The notes below the pieces were generated by a model that saw nothing but the letters and a program-made list of their open reading frames with translations, ran no database searches and had not been told where the DNA came from. The translations under genes and the position numbers were made by a program. Shown piece by piece: positions 1-9,015 of a stretch of DNA of 32,000 bases. This DNA comes from Geomicrobium sp. JCM 19039 (GTDB taxonomy: Bacteria; Bacillota; Bacilli; Bacillales; Marinococcaceae), in contig NZ_BAXB01000009.1 of the NCBI RefSeq assembly GCF_000698145.1, positions 51,808 to 83,807 on the forward strand. Reading direction: 5' to 3'. How positions within the stretch are numbered: the first letter of the stretch is position 1; each line of letters starts with the position of its first letter.

Positions 1-2
1 AA

Positions 3-185
3 GTTGCGATTCCTCTGCTACTCGGGCTTGGGCTTGATGAGTTTAGCATGAGTGCGTCGTCAGTGCTCCCGGCTCGAGAGCAACTCATGTCCCTTGACTA
101 TGAAGAAGCACGTAAGCTCTCAGCAGAAGCTTTGTTGTGTGGAACAGCTGATGAAGTGAAGTCCCTTGTTCAAGAGAACCGATGA
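3..185 (+). CDS. ptsI: PTS enzyme I (PEP-protein phosphotransferase), C-terminal end; 5' part lies outside the window
   Basis: Frame 3 reads [31 protein letters not shown]...[10 protein letters not shown]. The [21 protein letters not shown] motif is the conserved C-terminus of enzyme I. Stop TGA at 183-185. Confidence 0.8.
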   Translation, partial: VAIPLLLGLGLDEFSMSASSVLPAREQLMSLDYEEARKLSAEALLCGTADEVKSLVQENR

Positions 186-192
186 TCATCTT

Positions 193-226
193 AAGCCGCC
201 TGTGCTTGAAACCAGGCGGCTTTTTC
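193..226 (+). terminator. Rho-independent terminator after ptsI
   Basis: Stem aagccgcctg (193-202) pairs with caggcggctt (213-222), followed by a T-run. Confidence 0.75.
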
Positions 227-265
227 ATAAGTAACATCACTACATAGTGAGTGGAGGCTAATTGT

Positions 266-696
266 GTGAATACAGACCAGGTGGAACAAATTGAGCACTC
301 TTTAAGACGAATTTCTTTTACAGTGAAACAAAAAGGTAGAGAAATTCTAAACCAATTTCCAATCACTCCGCCCCAATTCATCGCGCTCCAATACCTCAAA
401 GACAAAGGCGACTTGACGATTGGCGAACTATCATCGAAGATGTACCTTGCATTTAGTACAACGACGGACTTGGTGGACCGTCTAGAGAAGAACAAACTTG
501 TTGAAAGAGTGAAAGATCAGAAGGACCGAAGAGTCGTGCGCGTGCATATATTATCCGAGGCCGTGAGATCATTGATGAGGTGATTCAAAAACGCCAGGAG
601 TATTTGTATGAGGTGCTGGAACATTTTTCCGATGAAAAAGTTGAACAGCTTCAAGTGACGTTACATGCACTGCATCATGAAATGTCGAAAGAGTAA
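266..696 (+). CDS. MarR-family transcriptional regulator (ysmB-like by position upstream of racE); frameshifted as assembled near 557-560
   Basis: Winged-helix text ITPPQFIALQYLKDKGDLTIGELSSKMYL...DLVDRLEKNKLVERVKDQKDRRVVRVHILSE. The rest continues in another frame as GREIIDEVIQKRQEYLYEVLEHFSDEKVEQLQVTLHALHHEMSKE* (stop 694-696). GTG at 266 lies 7-8 nt after GGAGG; the track start at 251 has no SD. The break sits at gagg, where gaggg would restore the frame. Confidence 0.75.
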
Positions 697-719
697 CAGA
701 TAAAAAGAGGCGAATATGC

Positions 720-1538
720 GTGAATTTACCTATTGGTGTTATTGATTCTGGGGTTGGTGGATTAACCGTTGCAAAAGAAATCGCTCGCCAACTTCCGAAG
801 GAACAGATGATTTATATCGGAGATACAGATCGTTGCCCGTATGGTCCGAGGCCTTACGAGGAAGTCCGTCGTTTCACGTGGCAAATGATCGAACGGCTGC
901 TCCAAAAAAGGATTAAGATGCTTGTCATTGCCTGCAACACCGCAACGGCTGTCATTCTCGAAGAAGCAAGACAGAAATTATCGATCCCCGTCGTCGGCGT
1001 CATTCACCCTGGGGCAATTGCAGCGCTAAATCATACCGTCAGCAAACGAGTCGCCGTAATTGGGACAGAAGGCACGATTTCTAGCGGGGCTTATCCTGAA
1101 GCAATACAGGCCATTCAAGGAAGCCAAGTTGAGGTAACAAGTCTAGCTTGTCCACCATTTGTGCCTCTTGTAGAACAAAACCGAACGTCCTATTCAGAGG
1201 CATACAACGTTGTAAAAGAAACGTTGAAACCTTTGGAGTCTGTAGATTTTGACACGCTAATCTTAGGCTGTACCCACTACCCTCTACTAAAAGAGGTAAT
1301 TCAATCAGCTGTAGGTGAGCATGTCAAAGTGATTTCTTCGGGTGCAGAAACGGCAAGAGAAGTGAGTATGATTTTACAACACGACCGGTTGTCTGCGACT
1401 TCAGAAGAAGAGCAGGAGAATCTCTATTACACGAGTGGATCCGTGGATGCATTTAGAAAAACGGTGAGTACGTGGTTAGAAGATTCAAGTGTGAACATAT
1501 CTCCGATCAGCTTTGCGTCATCCGCGATGAATCAATAA
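720..1538 (+). CDS. racE: Glutamate racemase
   Basis: 272 aa with IGVIDSGVGGLTVAKEI, DTDRCPYGPR, VIACNTA and LGCTHYPLL, the two catalytic Cys motifs of MurI/RacE. GTG start after an agagg SD. Confidence 0.93.
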   Translation: MNLPIGVIDSGVGGLTVAKEIARQLPKEQMIYIGDTDRCPYGPRPYEEVRRFTWQMIERLLQKRIKMLVIACNTATAVILEEARQKLSIPVVGVIHPGAIAALNHTVSKRVAVIGTEGTISSGAYPEAIQAIQGSQVEVTSLACPPFVPLVEQNRTSYSEAYNVVKETLKPLESVDFDTLILGCTHYPLLKEVIQSAVGEHVKVISSGAETAREVSMILQHDRLSATSEEEQENLYYTSGSVDAFRKTVSTWLEDSSVNISPISFASSAMNQ

Positions 1539-1554
1539 TTCTCGCGGATTTTTC
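1520..1554 (+). terminator. Terminator overlapping the racE stop
   Basis: atccgcga (1520-1527) pairs with tcgcggat (1542-1549), followed by tttt. Confidence 0.65.
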
Positions 1555-1632
1555 TTGTCCAAACCCGCTGGTCTATTTTCCGAATGGGGCTCGTATACTA
1601 TACGAGATTCGTGAATTTAGGAGGGAAGAGGC

Positions 1633-2691
1633 ATGAGAAGCTGGAGTATGAAAGCCATGTTATTGTTTGGGGCCGTGCTTGTCGTACAGGCGTGTGGTAG
1701 TGATGAGGAAGAAGTGGCAACAGACCTTGACCAAAGCCAAGTCGTTACAGAAATAGAGACCACAGATGAACAAGGTGAAGGGGAAGCGAGTAGTCAACCA
1801 GAAGAAGGGGAACGGTCAGGGGATGTAACGGAACGTGAGCTCTACTTAATGGATCAATACGGGTATGTTGTTCCTCGAACATTCCGGTTTCCTCCAAATG
1901 AAGAAGTTCTAAAGCAATCGCTCGAATTTATGGTCGCTGAAGGACCTGTAACCGAGCACCTTCCGAGTGGCTTTCAGGCAGTATTACCTGCAGATACTGA
2001 GATTCTAGGAGTGAATATTACGGAGGATGGCACAGCGGTCGTTGATTTTTCGCCATCATTTGAAGAATACCCGAGAGAACAAGAAGAAGCGATCTTACAA
2101 GCGCTCACGTGGACACTTACACAATTTGAGAATGTTGAGCAGATCGAATTGCAAATCAATGGCCATACTCAAGAGAACATGCCACAAGGCAATACACCTG
2201 TACAGTCTTTAACGAGAGATATTGGCATTAACCTTGAAGGGGATGCACCCGTTGATATTACAGCGAGCAGAGCGAATACGTTATACTTTATCCGTGAACA
2301 AGAGGAAGATGTTTATTTTGTACCTGTAACTAGACGAGCCGACAGGGATGACAATCAAGCATTAGCAGTCGTTGACCAACTCCTCGAAGGTCCGGCGATT
2401 CAATCGAACTTACTCACAGGCATCCGATCAGGTGTGCAGTTAATTGAAGAACCGACGCTAGAAGATGGAGTGTTGACGTTGAACTTTAATGAGGCATTAC
2501 TCACAGAGAATAGCGGAACAGCCGTATCAGAAGAAGCACTTACGATGCTAACGCTTTCGTTAACGGAACTAGAAGGTGTGAATGAGGTATCTTACCAAGT
2601 AAATGGGACTCAAGCGTTAAATCGGAGCAACGGAGAGACACTTACCGAACCTGTCACACGTCCGGTTATGCTAAATCGCGGTGAGTTTTAG
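1633..2691 (+). CDS. gerM: Germination lipoprotein GerM (two GerMN-type repeats) with an acidic N-terminal linker
   Basis: Signal peptide plus lipobox (LVVQAC), then a D/E-rich linker. Position between racE and rph matches B. subtilis. GGAGG lies 8 nt upstream of the ATG. Confidence 0.8.
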   Translation: MRSWSMKAMLLFGAVLVVQACGSDEEEVATDLDQSQVVTEIETTDEQGEGEASSQPEEGERSGDVTERELYLMDQYGYVVPRTFRFPPNEEVLKQSLEFMVAEGPVTEHLPSGFQAVLPADTEILGVNITEDGTAVVDFSPSFEEYPREQEEAILQALTWTLTQFENVEQIELQINGHTQENMPQGNTPVQSLTRDIGINLEGDAPVDITASRANTLYFIREQEEDVYFVPVTRRADRDDNQALAVVDQLLEGPAIQSNLLTGIRSGVQLIEEPTLEDGVLTLNFNEALLTENSGTAVSEEALTMLTLSLTELEGVNEVSYQVNGTQALNRSNGETLTEPVTRPVMLNRGEF

Positions 2692-2726
2692 CAGCATTTT
2701 TGGATTCATGATATACTAGTAGAAAA

Positions 2727-2751
2727 TGAGGCGGCATCTGCTGCCTTTTTC
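2727..2751 (+). terminator. Weak terminator after gerM
   Basis: ggcggc/gctgcc stem with one G-U pair, followed by ttttt. Confidence 0.45.
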
Positions 2752-2786
2752 TTATGCAATGATTAAAGAGGAAGTAGGGTATTCAG

Positions 2787-3524
2787 TTGAGGAACGACGG
2801 AAGAGAAACGAATGATATTCGTAAAACAACAATGGAAGCAAATTATATTAAACATCCAGAGGGATCGGTACTCATCTCAGTCGGTGATACACGAGTCATT
2901 TGTTCAGCGACAGTTGAAGAACGGGTTCCTCCTTTTTTAAGAGGTCAAGGAAAAGGATGGATTACAGCAGAGTATAGCATGTTGCCAAGAGCGACTGAAA
3001 AGCGAAATATTCGAGAATCATCTAAAGGGAAAGTGACAGGGCGCACGATGGAGATCCAACGATTAATTGGACGAGCGTTGCGAGCGGTCATTGACCTTGA
3101 CAAGCTTGGCGAACGAACGATTTGGGTGGACTGTGACGTAATACAAGCAGATGGTGGAACGCGAACGGCCTCGATCACAGGCGCTTATGTTGCTACAGCC
3201 CTTGCCTTGTCCAAACTACTAAAAGATGAAGTGATTCAAGAGCAGCCCCTCGTTGATCAACTCGCCGCAGTCTCTGTCGGGATTAGTCAAGAAGGCGAAG
3301 TGCTTCTTGACTTATGTTATGAAGAAGATGCGTCTGCTGCTGTCGACTTGAATGTCGTTATGACAGGCAAAGGTGAGTTCGTAGAGTTACAAGGTACAGG
3401 AGAAGAAGCGACATTTTCAGCGCGACAACTCACTCACATGTTAGAGTATGCAGAAGCGGGGATTTCAACTTTACTTCACATCCAACAAGACGTGCTCCAG
3501 TCTGCAGAAGCTAGAGAATCTTAA
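2787..3524 (+). CDS. rph: Ribonuclease PH
   Basis: 245 aa with [39 protein letters not shown] and [19 protein letters not shown], all canonical RNase PH motifs. TTG start. Confidence 0.95.
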   Translation: MRNDGRETNDIRKTTMEANYIKHPEGSVLISVGDTRVICSATVEERVPPFLRGQGKGWITAEYSMLPRATEKRNIRESSKGKVTGRTMEIQRLIGRALRAVIDLDKLGERTIWVDCDVIQADGGTRTASITGAYVATALALSKLLKDEVIQEQPLVDQLAAVSVGISQEGEVLLDLCYEEDASAAVDLNVVMTGKGEFVELQGTGEEATFSARQLTHMLEYAEAGISTLLHIQQDVLQSAEARES

Positions 3525-3541
3525 AAATAGAGGTGAGACGG

Positions 3542-4132
3542 ATGAAAAAGATTGTGTTAGCTACCGGCAATGAAGGCAAAAGAAAAGAATTTGAGCGCAT
3601 GCTCGAAGGAAAGGCCGAAATTCAATCGTTAAAAGATTATCCGGACTGCCCAGAAGTTGAAGAAACAGGTACAACGTTTGCGGAAAACGCCAAACTCAAA
3701 GCCGCTTTTGTCGCACAGTACACGGGGTTACCCGCTCTCGCTGACGACTCCGGTCTCGAAGTTGATGCCCTTGATGGTGCTCCCGGTGTGTATTCTGCAA
3801 GGTTCGCGGGGCTTGAGAAAGACGATGAAAAAAACAATCAAAAACTACTCAATGAGCTTCGAGACGTCTCTGACGCGGAACGTACGGCGAGGTTCGTGTG
3901 TGCACTCGCTTATATCGACCTAAACAAAAAGACCGAAGAGATGATCCTTGGCCATTGTGAAGGAACAATCGGCCGAGAGCCAAAAGGGGAAAACGGCTTT
4001 GGCTACGATCCGCTTATGTATATCCCGTCCTTTGGAAAAACGTTGGCGGAGATGAGTGCTGATGAAAAGAACAAGATCAGTCACCGAGGACGTGCCCTCG
4101 AGCAATTACAGAACGTGTGGAACAAACTGTAA
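3542..4132 (+). CDS. rdgB: dITP/XTP pyrophosphatase (RdgB/HAM1 family; B. subtilis ysnA equivalent)
   Basis: Contains KIVLATGNEGKRKEF, DDSGLEVDALDGAPGVYSARF, FGYDP and SHRGRA. The ATG at 3542 has the agaggtgag SD; the track start at 3533 lies inside that SD. Confidence 0.9.
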   Translation: MKKIVLATGNEGKRKEFERMLEGKAEIQSLKDYPDCPEVEETGTTFAENAKLKAAFVAQYTGLPALADDSGLEVDALDGAPGVYSARFAGLEKDDEKNNQKLLNELRDVSDAERTARFVCALAYIDLNKKTEEMILGHCEGTIGREPKGENGFGYDPLMYIPSFGKTLAEMSADEKNKISHRGRALEQLQNVWNKL

Positions 4133-4146
4133 CGGAGGTGACAGTT

Positions 4147-4665
4147 ATGACTAAACTTGTCGTACTGAGTGATACACACGGCGATCGTGAATGGCTTAAC
4201 CAAATCTATGAACGCCATGCCAAAGATGCGGATGGCTGGTTCCATTGTGGCGACGCGGAACTAAATGGAAATGATCCACTAGTACAACCGTTTCGGATTG
4301 TAAATGGGAATACCGATATGGATATGCCGTTTCAAGACGTTCTTGAAACAACGGTTCAAGGTGTGAAAATATGGCAAACACATGGGCATTTGCTCCGTGT
4401 AGCCCGAGGCAATCACGAAGCGCTTCATAGCATTGCCAAAGAAAAGGGTGCACACGTCGTCCTATACGGTCATACACATGTCGCTGAAGCACATGAAAAT
4501 GAAGGCACGTTATTTCTAAACCCTGGTAGCCTCGTGCAACCTCGCACAGATCGACCACCAACGTATAGTATCGTGACAATCGCTGAAGGTCAGGTGACGT
4601 CAATACGATTTTTAGAACGTGATAGCGGAAAAGAAATTGAAGATTTAACGTGGCAAGCGAAGTAA
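4147..4665 (+). CDS. ysnB: YfcE/MJ0936-type metallophosphoesterase (ysnB equivalent)
   Basis: Contains LVVLSDTHGD, GDAE, GNTD and GHTH. The ATG at 4147 lies 6 nt after GGAGGTG. Confidence 0.85.
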   Translation: MTKLVVLSDTHGDREWLNQIYERHAKDADGWFHCGDAELNGNDPLVQPFRIVNGNTDMDMPFQDVLETTVQGVKIWQTHGHLLRVARGNHEALHSIAKEKGAHVVLYGHTHVAEAHENEGTLFLNPGSLVQPRTDRPPTYSIVTIAEGQVTSIRFLERDSGKEIEDLTWQAK

Positions 4666-4668
4666 CCG

Positions 4669-4697
4669 TTGATTGCTGCTCATCAAGCAGCAATCAA
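4669..4697 (+). terminator. 12-bp hairpin after ysnB (no downstream U-tract)
   Basis: ttgattgctgct / agcagcaatcaa with a 5-nt loop. It is followed by tccc-A8 rather than Ts, so function as an intrinsic terminator is uncertain. Confidence 0.35.
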
Positions 4698-4722
4698 TCC
4701 CAAAAAAAATTACAAAAACCGA

Positions 4723-4751
4723 TTGACTCATTAGCAATTTTTAGGTACTAT
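4723..4751 (+). promoter_or_regulatory. SigA-type promoter for tRNA-Arg
   Basis: TTGACT (4723-4728), 17 nt spacer, TACTAT (4746-4751), about 33 nt upstream of the tRNA 5' end. Confidence 0.55.
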
Positions 4752-4784
4752 ATTAATTGTCGTCATTAACTCTTTTTCACCTTT

Positions 4785-4861
4785 GTCCCAGTAGCTCAGC
4801 TGGATAGAGCAACAGCCTTCTAAGCTGTGGGTCGGGAGTTCGAATCTCTCCTGGGACGCCA
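4785..4861 (+). tRNA. tRNA-Arg (anticodon UCU), CCA encoded
   Basis: Hand-folded cloverleaf: acceptor GTCCCAG/CTGGGAC, D arm GCTC..GAGC, anticodon stem ACAGC/GCTGT with loop CTTCTAA, T arm GGGAG-TTCGAAT-CTCTC, discriminator G, then CCA. Confidence 0.9.
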
Positions 4862-4884
4862 TTTTCATTTACTTAACCACGTTT

Positions 4885-4906
4885 TTGACGCAAGATTGAC
4901 GCAAGA
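4885..4906 (+). repeat. Perfect tandem duplication TTGACGCAAGA x2 between the tRNA and the integrase 3' end
   Basis: Positions 4885-4895 and 4896-4906 are identical. Confidence 0.8.
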
Positions 4907-4913
4907 TTTTATT

Positions 4914-5775
4914 TTACCCCTCTTTTTTGGAAAAGAATTGCTCGAAAAGTTGGGCTGCCTCACGATCAACTTCAACAATTGAATGACCATATATATCCAT
5001 CGTCGTTCCGATCTTTGAATGACGCGCTCGAGAGCTGATGGATTTCATTGGGAGATTTTGAGAAATTAAAAACGTAATGGATATATGACGTAAATCATGA
5101 AACCGCACCTTCGGGAGTTGGTTTTTTTTAATGAATCGAATCCACCACTGGCTGATTGAATCTGGTCGAATGGGACGGCCATGATCATTGCAAAATAGAA
5201 ATACATTATCTGGATACTCCCACTTATCCCTCATGAGCATCTTCCACTTCTTTTTATCAAGAAGTAGTTTCTCGACCATCACCATAAGAGTCTCCGGTAT
5301 GGCTGCTACCCCCTCTAAATGATTCTTGGTAGGTATGATTTCTACCCCGCCTCCTGACAACTCACCTAGAGATTTATCAATTCGAATAGCACATTCGTCG
5401 ATTAATATACTGTTGTCGTCCAATGCCGCAATTTCTGCTTCCCTTGCTGATGTTATAAAAGCAATCCAAAAGAGAACTTGCTTATCTAATGGCTCTGTTT
5501 TTATCGCATCAATTAATGCCCAAATTTGCTCTTTGTTGTAGTTAATCTGAGCCTTGCTTGATCGTTTTGATGGCAACTTGATTTGCTATGTCCTCTTAAT
5601 TTAACTTGTAGGTATGGGCACATTCGAGCAAGCAGTTATAAGCTATGTACACAAGGTGGATGGATGACGGTGATAGAGCGCACGGTTTCTTATCTAAGCG
5701 CGCACTGTCTTTTTGTAAGTCAGCGATGTAGTTTACAAGGTGTCTCGTTTTGATGTCCTTGATATTTTTTGTGAC
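4914..5775 (-). pseudogene. Tyrosine recombinase / phage integrase, decayed (N-terminus missing, internal stop plus frameshift)
   Basis: The C-terminal catalytic domain is intact in one frame (4914-5576): TSAREAEIAAL (Arg), HDLRH (H-x-x-R), DIYGH (Tyr). The core-binding segment KDIKTRHLVNYIADLQKDSARLDKKPCALSPSSIHLVYIAYNCLLECAHTYKLN* lies in another frame (5599-5775) and ends in TAA. Nothing integrase-like is seen upstream of 5776. Confidence 0.8.
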
Positions 5776-6109
5776 TCAATCAAGGGAACAAAACAATCTT
5801 GGGGCCTTACACTGGATGAAAAACAACCGTGCTCCTCTTAGCGAAACAGCCACTCATTTTGGACGTAACCGTTCATTCACGATTGCGAATTGGAGGGGAA
5901 TCGTGGAGCGTGAGGGTGTTGTGGGCCTAGATCCAAAACCGAAAAACCCCCTTTCCATGTCGTATCGCTCAAGGGCAAAGAGAAAACTTTCTCCTTCACG
6001 TGAAGAACAATTGGAGCGGGGGAATAAACGTCTTCGATTGCAAAAACCGTGTATCGGACAGCGTCAAAGATTAAAAACCAGAGTAACACGAATCGCCTCT
6101 CCTTTTTGA
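5776..6109 (+). mobile_element. IS3-family OrfA (HTH) remnant, no OrfB; abuts or truncates the integrase 5' end
   Basis: LGALHWMKNNRAPLSETATHFGRNRSFTIANWRGIVEREGVVGLDPKPK...REEQLERGNKRLR resembles the IS3 OrfA pattern (HTH, then W..Y..EG..GL, then a leucine-zipper EE.L...N..L). No transposase catalytic ORF follows. Confidence 0.55.
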
Positions 6110-6176
6110 TAGGGGGTTTTCCTTTTAGAAAGGAGGGAACTATATTTTAAAAACGTTATAATTTGAGGGGTAATTT

Positions 6177-6385
6177 ATGAGTAGATTAGGACTAAGAAAC
6201 TTTGTTATTTTTATTTTATTAGGTGTTTTTTCATGACTGTCTTAAACATTATCTTGAATATTAGTCAAAATGAATCCATTAATATTCAATCAATAATGCC
6301 ATTTACTCTAATAGGATTAGGAATTGGATTTGCGTTAGCACTGCTTAGGTTTATTATTAAAGGTGATTTATGGGAGAAGAACTAA
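6177..6385 (+). CDS. Small 2-TM membrane peptide, split at a T6 run (20-aa and 50-aa pieces)
   Basis: The ATG at 6177 follows a gagggg SD and reads MSRLGLRNFVIFILLGVFS*. The overlapping ATG at 6233 reads MTVLNIILNISQNESINIQSIMPFTLIGLGIGFALALLRFIIKGDLWEKN*. No homologue recognised. Confidence 0.3.
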
Positions 6386-6540
6386 AAGGTATGGCGGAAT
6401 GACTATATTTCGACTTATTCCTGCCACATATACAGATCAATACGAGCCCCTTCTTCTTTGCGGAACGGGAGTTATTTTCTTTGATAAATAAGAACGAATG
6501 TTCTATATTAGAGTGAGATGAAAATATGGAGGCGGAGAGT

Positions 6541-7110
6541 ATGAGACCTAAATTAACAAAAACCCTTAATGTAGACGAGTTCAGTGACTTCTATTGGTTA
6601 AAAGAAGAATTACAATCTTTTTGTAGGAATAACGGAATTAGTGCATCAGGTTCAAAAATTGAGCTCTCTGAAAGGATTGAAACGTTTCTTGATACAGGGG
6701 AGATTAAAAAGGCACTTAGAAAAGCAAAATCCATAAGCAAAAAGGGTACTCAAAAAACGTTAAGTTTAAATACGGTCATTACAGTTGATCATCGATGTAG
6801 TCAAGATGTTCGTGCTTTTTTCAAGTCAGTTATTCCGAATTTTCATTTTTCTACGTATATACAAGACTTCTTTAAAAACAATGTGGGTAGTACATACCAC
6901 GAGGTTGTAAACGCATGGCATAAAGAGCAGGAGAGAATGAAAAACCCCTCCTACAAAAAGAAAATTGCTCCTCAGTTTGAGTACAATCAATTTACAAGAG
7001 ACTTCTTTGCAGATAAGAATAATGAAGGGAAGAATCGCGAGGATGCTATAGAGGCTTGGAATGCTATAAAAATACTACCAGGAAGTAATAAATACAAACC
7101 AACCCAATGA
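6541..7110 (+). CDS. SAP-domain-containing hypothetical protein
   Basis: The N-terminal LKEELQSFCRNNGISASGSKIELSERIETFL fits the SAP helix-extended-loop-helix motif; the remainder is a basic, uncharacterised domain. The ATG at 6541 follows GGAGG. Confidence 0.6.
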   Translation: MRPKLTKTLNVDEFSDFYWLKEELQSFCRNNGISASGSKIELSERIETFLDTGEIKKALRKAKSISKKGTQKTLSLNTVITVDHRCSQDVRAFFKSVIPNFHFSTYIQDFFKNNVGSTYHEVVNAWHKEQERMKNPSYKKKIAPQFEYNQFTRDFFADKNNEGKNREDAIEAWNAIKILPGSNKYKPTQ

Positions 7111-7148
7111 TCTATACATATCTATATATGAGAATCATTCTTATTAAG

Positions 7149-7184
7149 CCACAGCGAGGTTGGTCGTTGTGGTTTTCGGTTTTG
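7149..7184 (+). terminator. Terminator after the SAP-domain gene
   Basis: ccacagcg / cgttgtgg (one G-U pair), followed by ttttcggtttt. Confidence 0.6.
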
Positions 7185-7359
7185 CATTTTTTATGAACAA
7201 AGATATTGCAGGTGCTCGAGCCATGCTTTACCAAGTTTCTACTACTCGTTTTTAGATTTTCCATATGTATACGTTGCCTCTCTAAGTGGTGAATTAGTGT
7301 CGCCCCCCAAAAAAGTGATAGCTAAAACTAACGTTTGGGGTGTTTTTATTTTTAAAGCC

Positions 7360-7389
7360 CAAAAACCACGGTCTGCTAAGAGACCGTGG
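7360..7389 (-). terminator. Terminator of the membrane-protein gene
   Basis: ccacggtct / agaccgtgg with a 6-nt loop. The plus-strand A5 gives a U-tract on the minus strand. Confidence 0.75.
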
Positions 7390-7398
7390 AGTAATCCA

Positions 7399-7953
7399 CT
7401 AAATAATGAAGAGGGTACCGGTGATTAGCATCGATATACCTGTAACTGCACAAACGAAACTCGCTCCCCGTTCACTCATGAGTTGTCCAGCAGGCTTGTC
7501 TTTGTCCATTGCATAAAGTAGCGTTAGTGCTATCGCTATAATGATTGGCATGGCGATATATCCAATGTTTTGGTACAACCATGCATACGGGACAAAATGA
7601 ATCGTTACAGCTGTCGAGAATATTATAGGTATTGCCGTAAAGTTGCCTTTAATACTAAATAAAATTAATATAGGTAGCACCAACATTTGGGACAGTGACA
7701 GCATAATCGTTAATTGATTAATTAATTCTCCCCCTGGTTGATTGGTAAGCATTCCGAGACTAGCTGACACACCAAGGGCGATAGGTAAAGCAACCATACC
7801 TTGAAATAAGGTAGCGAGTGACGCTGTATATAAACTTACTTTTCTCCATAGTACTGCGCACACTACCCAAGTTACTCCGTATGCTCCTAAAAATGGAGCC
7901 CCACTATAGGTATGATTTGCAAGGTCAATTAAAGTACTCCTTAGCTCATCCAT
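7399..7953 (-). CDS. Polytopic membrane protein of unknown function (about 5-6 TM)
   Basis: 184-aa ORF that is almost entirely hydrophobic helices, with its own terminator. No motif recognised. Confidence 0.6.
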   Translation of the reverse strand: MDELRSTLIDLANHTYSGAPFLGAYGVTWVVCAVLWRKVSLYTASLATLFQGMVALPIALGVSASLGMLTNQPGGELINQLTIMLSLSQMLVLPILILFSIKGNFTAIPIIFSTAVTIHFVPYAWLYQNIGYIAMPIIIAIALTLLYAMDKDKPAGQLMSERGASFVCAVTGISMLITGTLFII

Positions 7954-8322
7954 GTAAAAATTATAGCATGTCGTCGAAATAAAATCTATAATTTGGTTAA
8001 ATTTTCTGAATATATCAGGTGCAATAATTAACAGAGAGGTCGGATATGAAAGAAGATTGGGTGCTGGTAGAGGTACGGGAATGACTATTTAAGATTGAAA
8101 CAAAGCAGGAAAATATCCTTCAGTTCTAAGAGGTCACAGCTGAAGAAGCATTGAGGGTCGTCAAGCGATATGTAAAGGCATATAAAATAGACACAAAAAA
8201 GCTCGGAAGATCGTAGTCTTTGAATTAAAACAGGTGTCGGGATAGCAGGAATTTTGGTTACAATGCTACTTTTTCGATGCCAATTTTAATCGCTGATTAC
8301 ACACCATAAGGAAGAAAGTTGC

Positions 8323-8630
8323 ATGATTAAGACATTACAGGGGTCGGCATTAGAGTTTTTGCTTAGCGTACTAAGTGTATTTCTGGCTGCACTAGTCGCT
8401 TATTTAACGACAAAAATCAAAAGGTATTTATATCTCGCGGCAGACCGTGCCAAACTTGGCATCATTGGCGCAATCACCATTGGAGCTGTGGAGCGTATAG
8501 AGGAGCAATTTTTCTGTAAATCCCGCGCTTTACATTTAAAGAGGCAACACAATCTGCATTGAATATTTTAAACCACTACGATATCGCGATTTCCGAAGAT
8601 CTCATCCGTACGTAGATTCGAGATAAATAA
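8323..8630 (+). pseudogene. LL-H-family phage holin remnant (frameshift near 8515-8525 and an in-frame TAG)
   Basis: N-terminal TM segment EFLLSVLSVFLAALVAYLTTKIKRYL...AVERIEEQFF. A second frame then reads FKEATQSALNILNHYDIAISEDLIRT*IRDK*, which matches the C-terminal pattern of LL-H holins as I recall it. Confidence 0.45.
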
Positions 8631-9015
8631 GACCGTATATAGAAGTGAAATGAACAAGTGGTGTAACTATGGTCCACAGTACATTTGTTGCAATTCCTTG
8701 GCCAGCAAATAATAGGCCGGGCACTGACAAAAGCGAGGCGAGGTGATAGTTTATGCTACTTTCAGCACGTTACAATGCGATCCTTCAGATCCATTTCACT
8801 ACGAGCCCCAACTATTGAATTTAGGGTATCAAATAAAGATTCGATGGATATACATAGCAAATAAATTCTGTAAAATTTAGTGCTTATGATAAAGTGAGTA
8901 TATCCATGATTTGTTCGTTTTCTGGGCTTTTATTTCTGTACCCCATAGCTGGGGTCTTATTTATGTAATAAGGAGGCACATGAGTGCATCCCCATTTATT
9001 TCCTTTTAGTATTTA

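Noticed and set aside
85-495. 136-aa minus-strand ORF overlapping the ptsI end, the terminator and the MarR gene
   Set aside because: It lies antisense to two conserved genes and spans a terminator. It has no SD and no recognisable domain.
4196-4693. 165-aa minus-strand ORF
   Set aside because: It is entirely antisense to the well-supported ysnB metallophosphoesterase gene and has no recognisable motifs.
5750-6109. Intact 119-aa gene starting at 5750
   Set aside because: The first ~10 codons overlap the integrase fragment on the other strand. The text matches only part of an IS3 OrfA and degenerates at the C-terminus. I treat it as a remnant.
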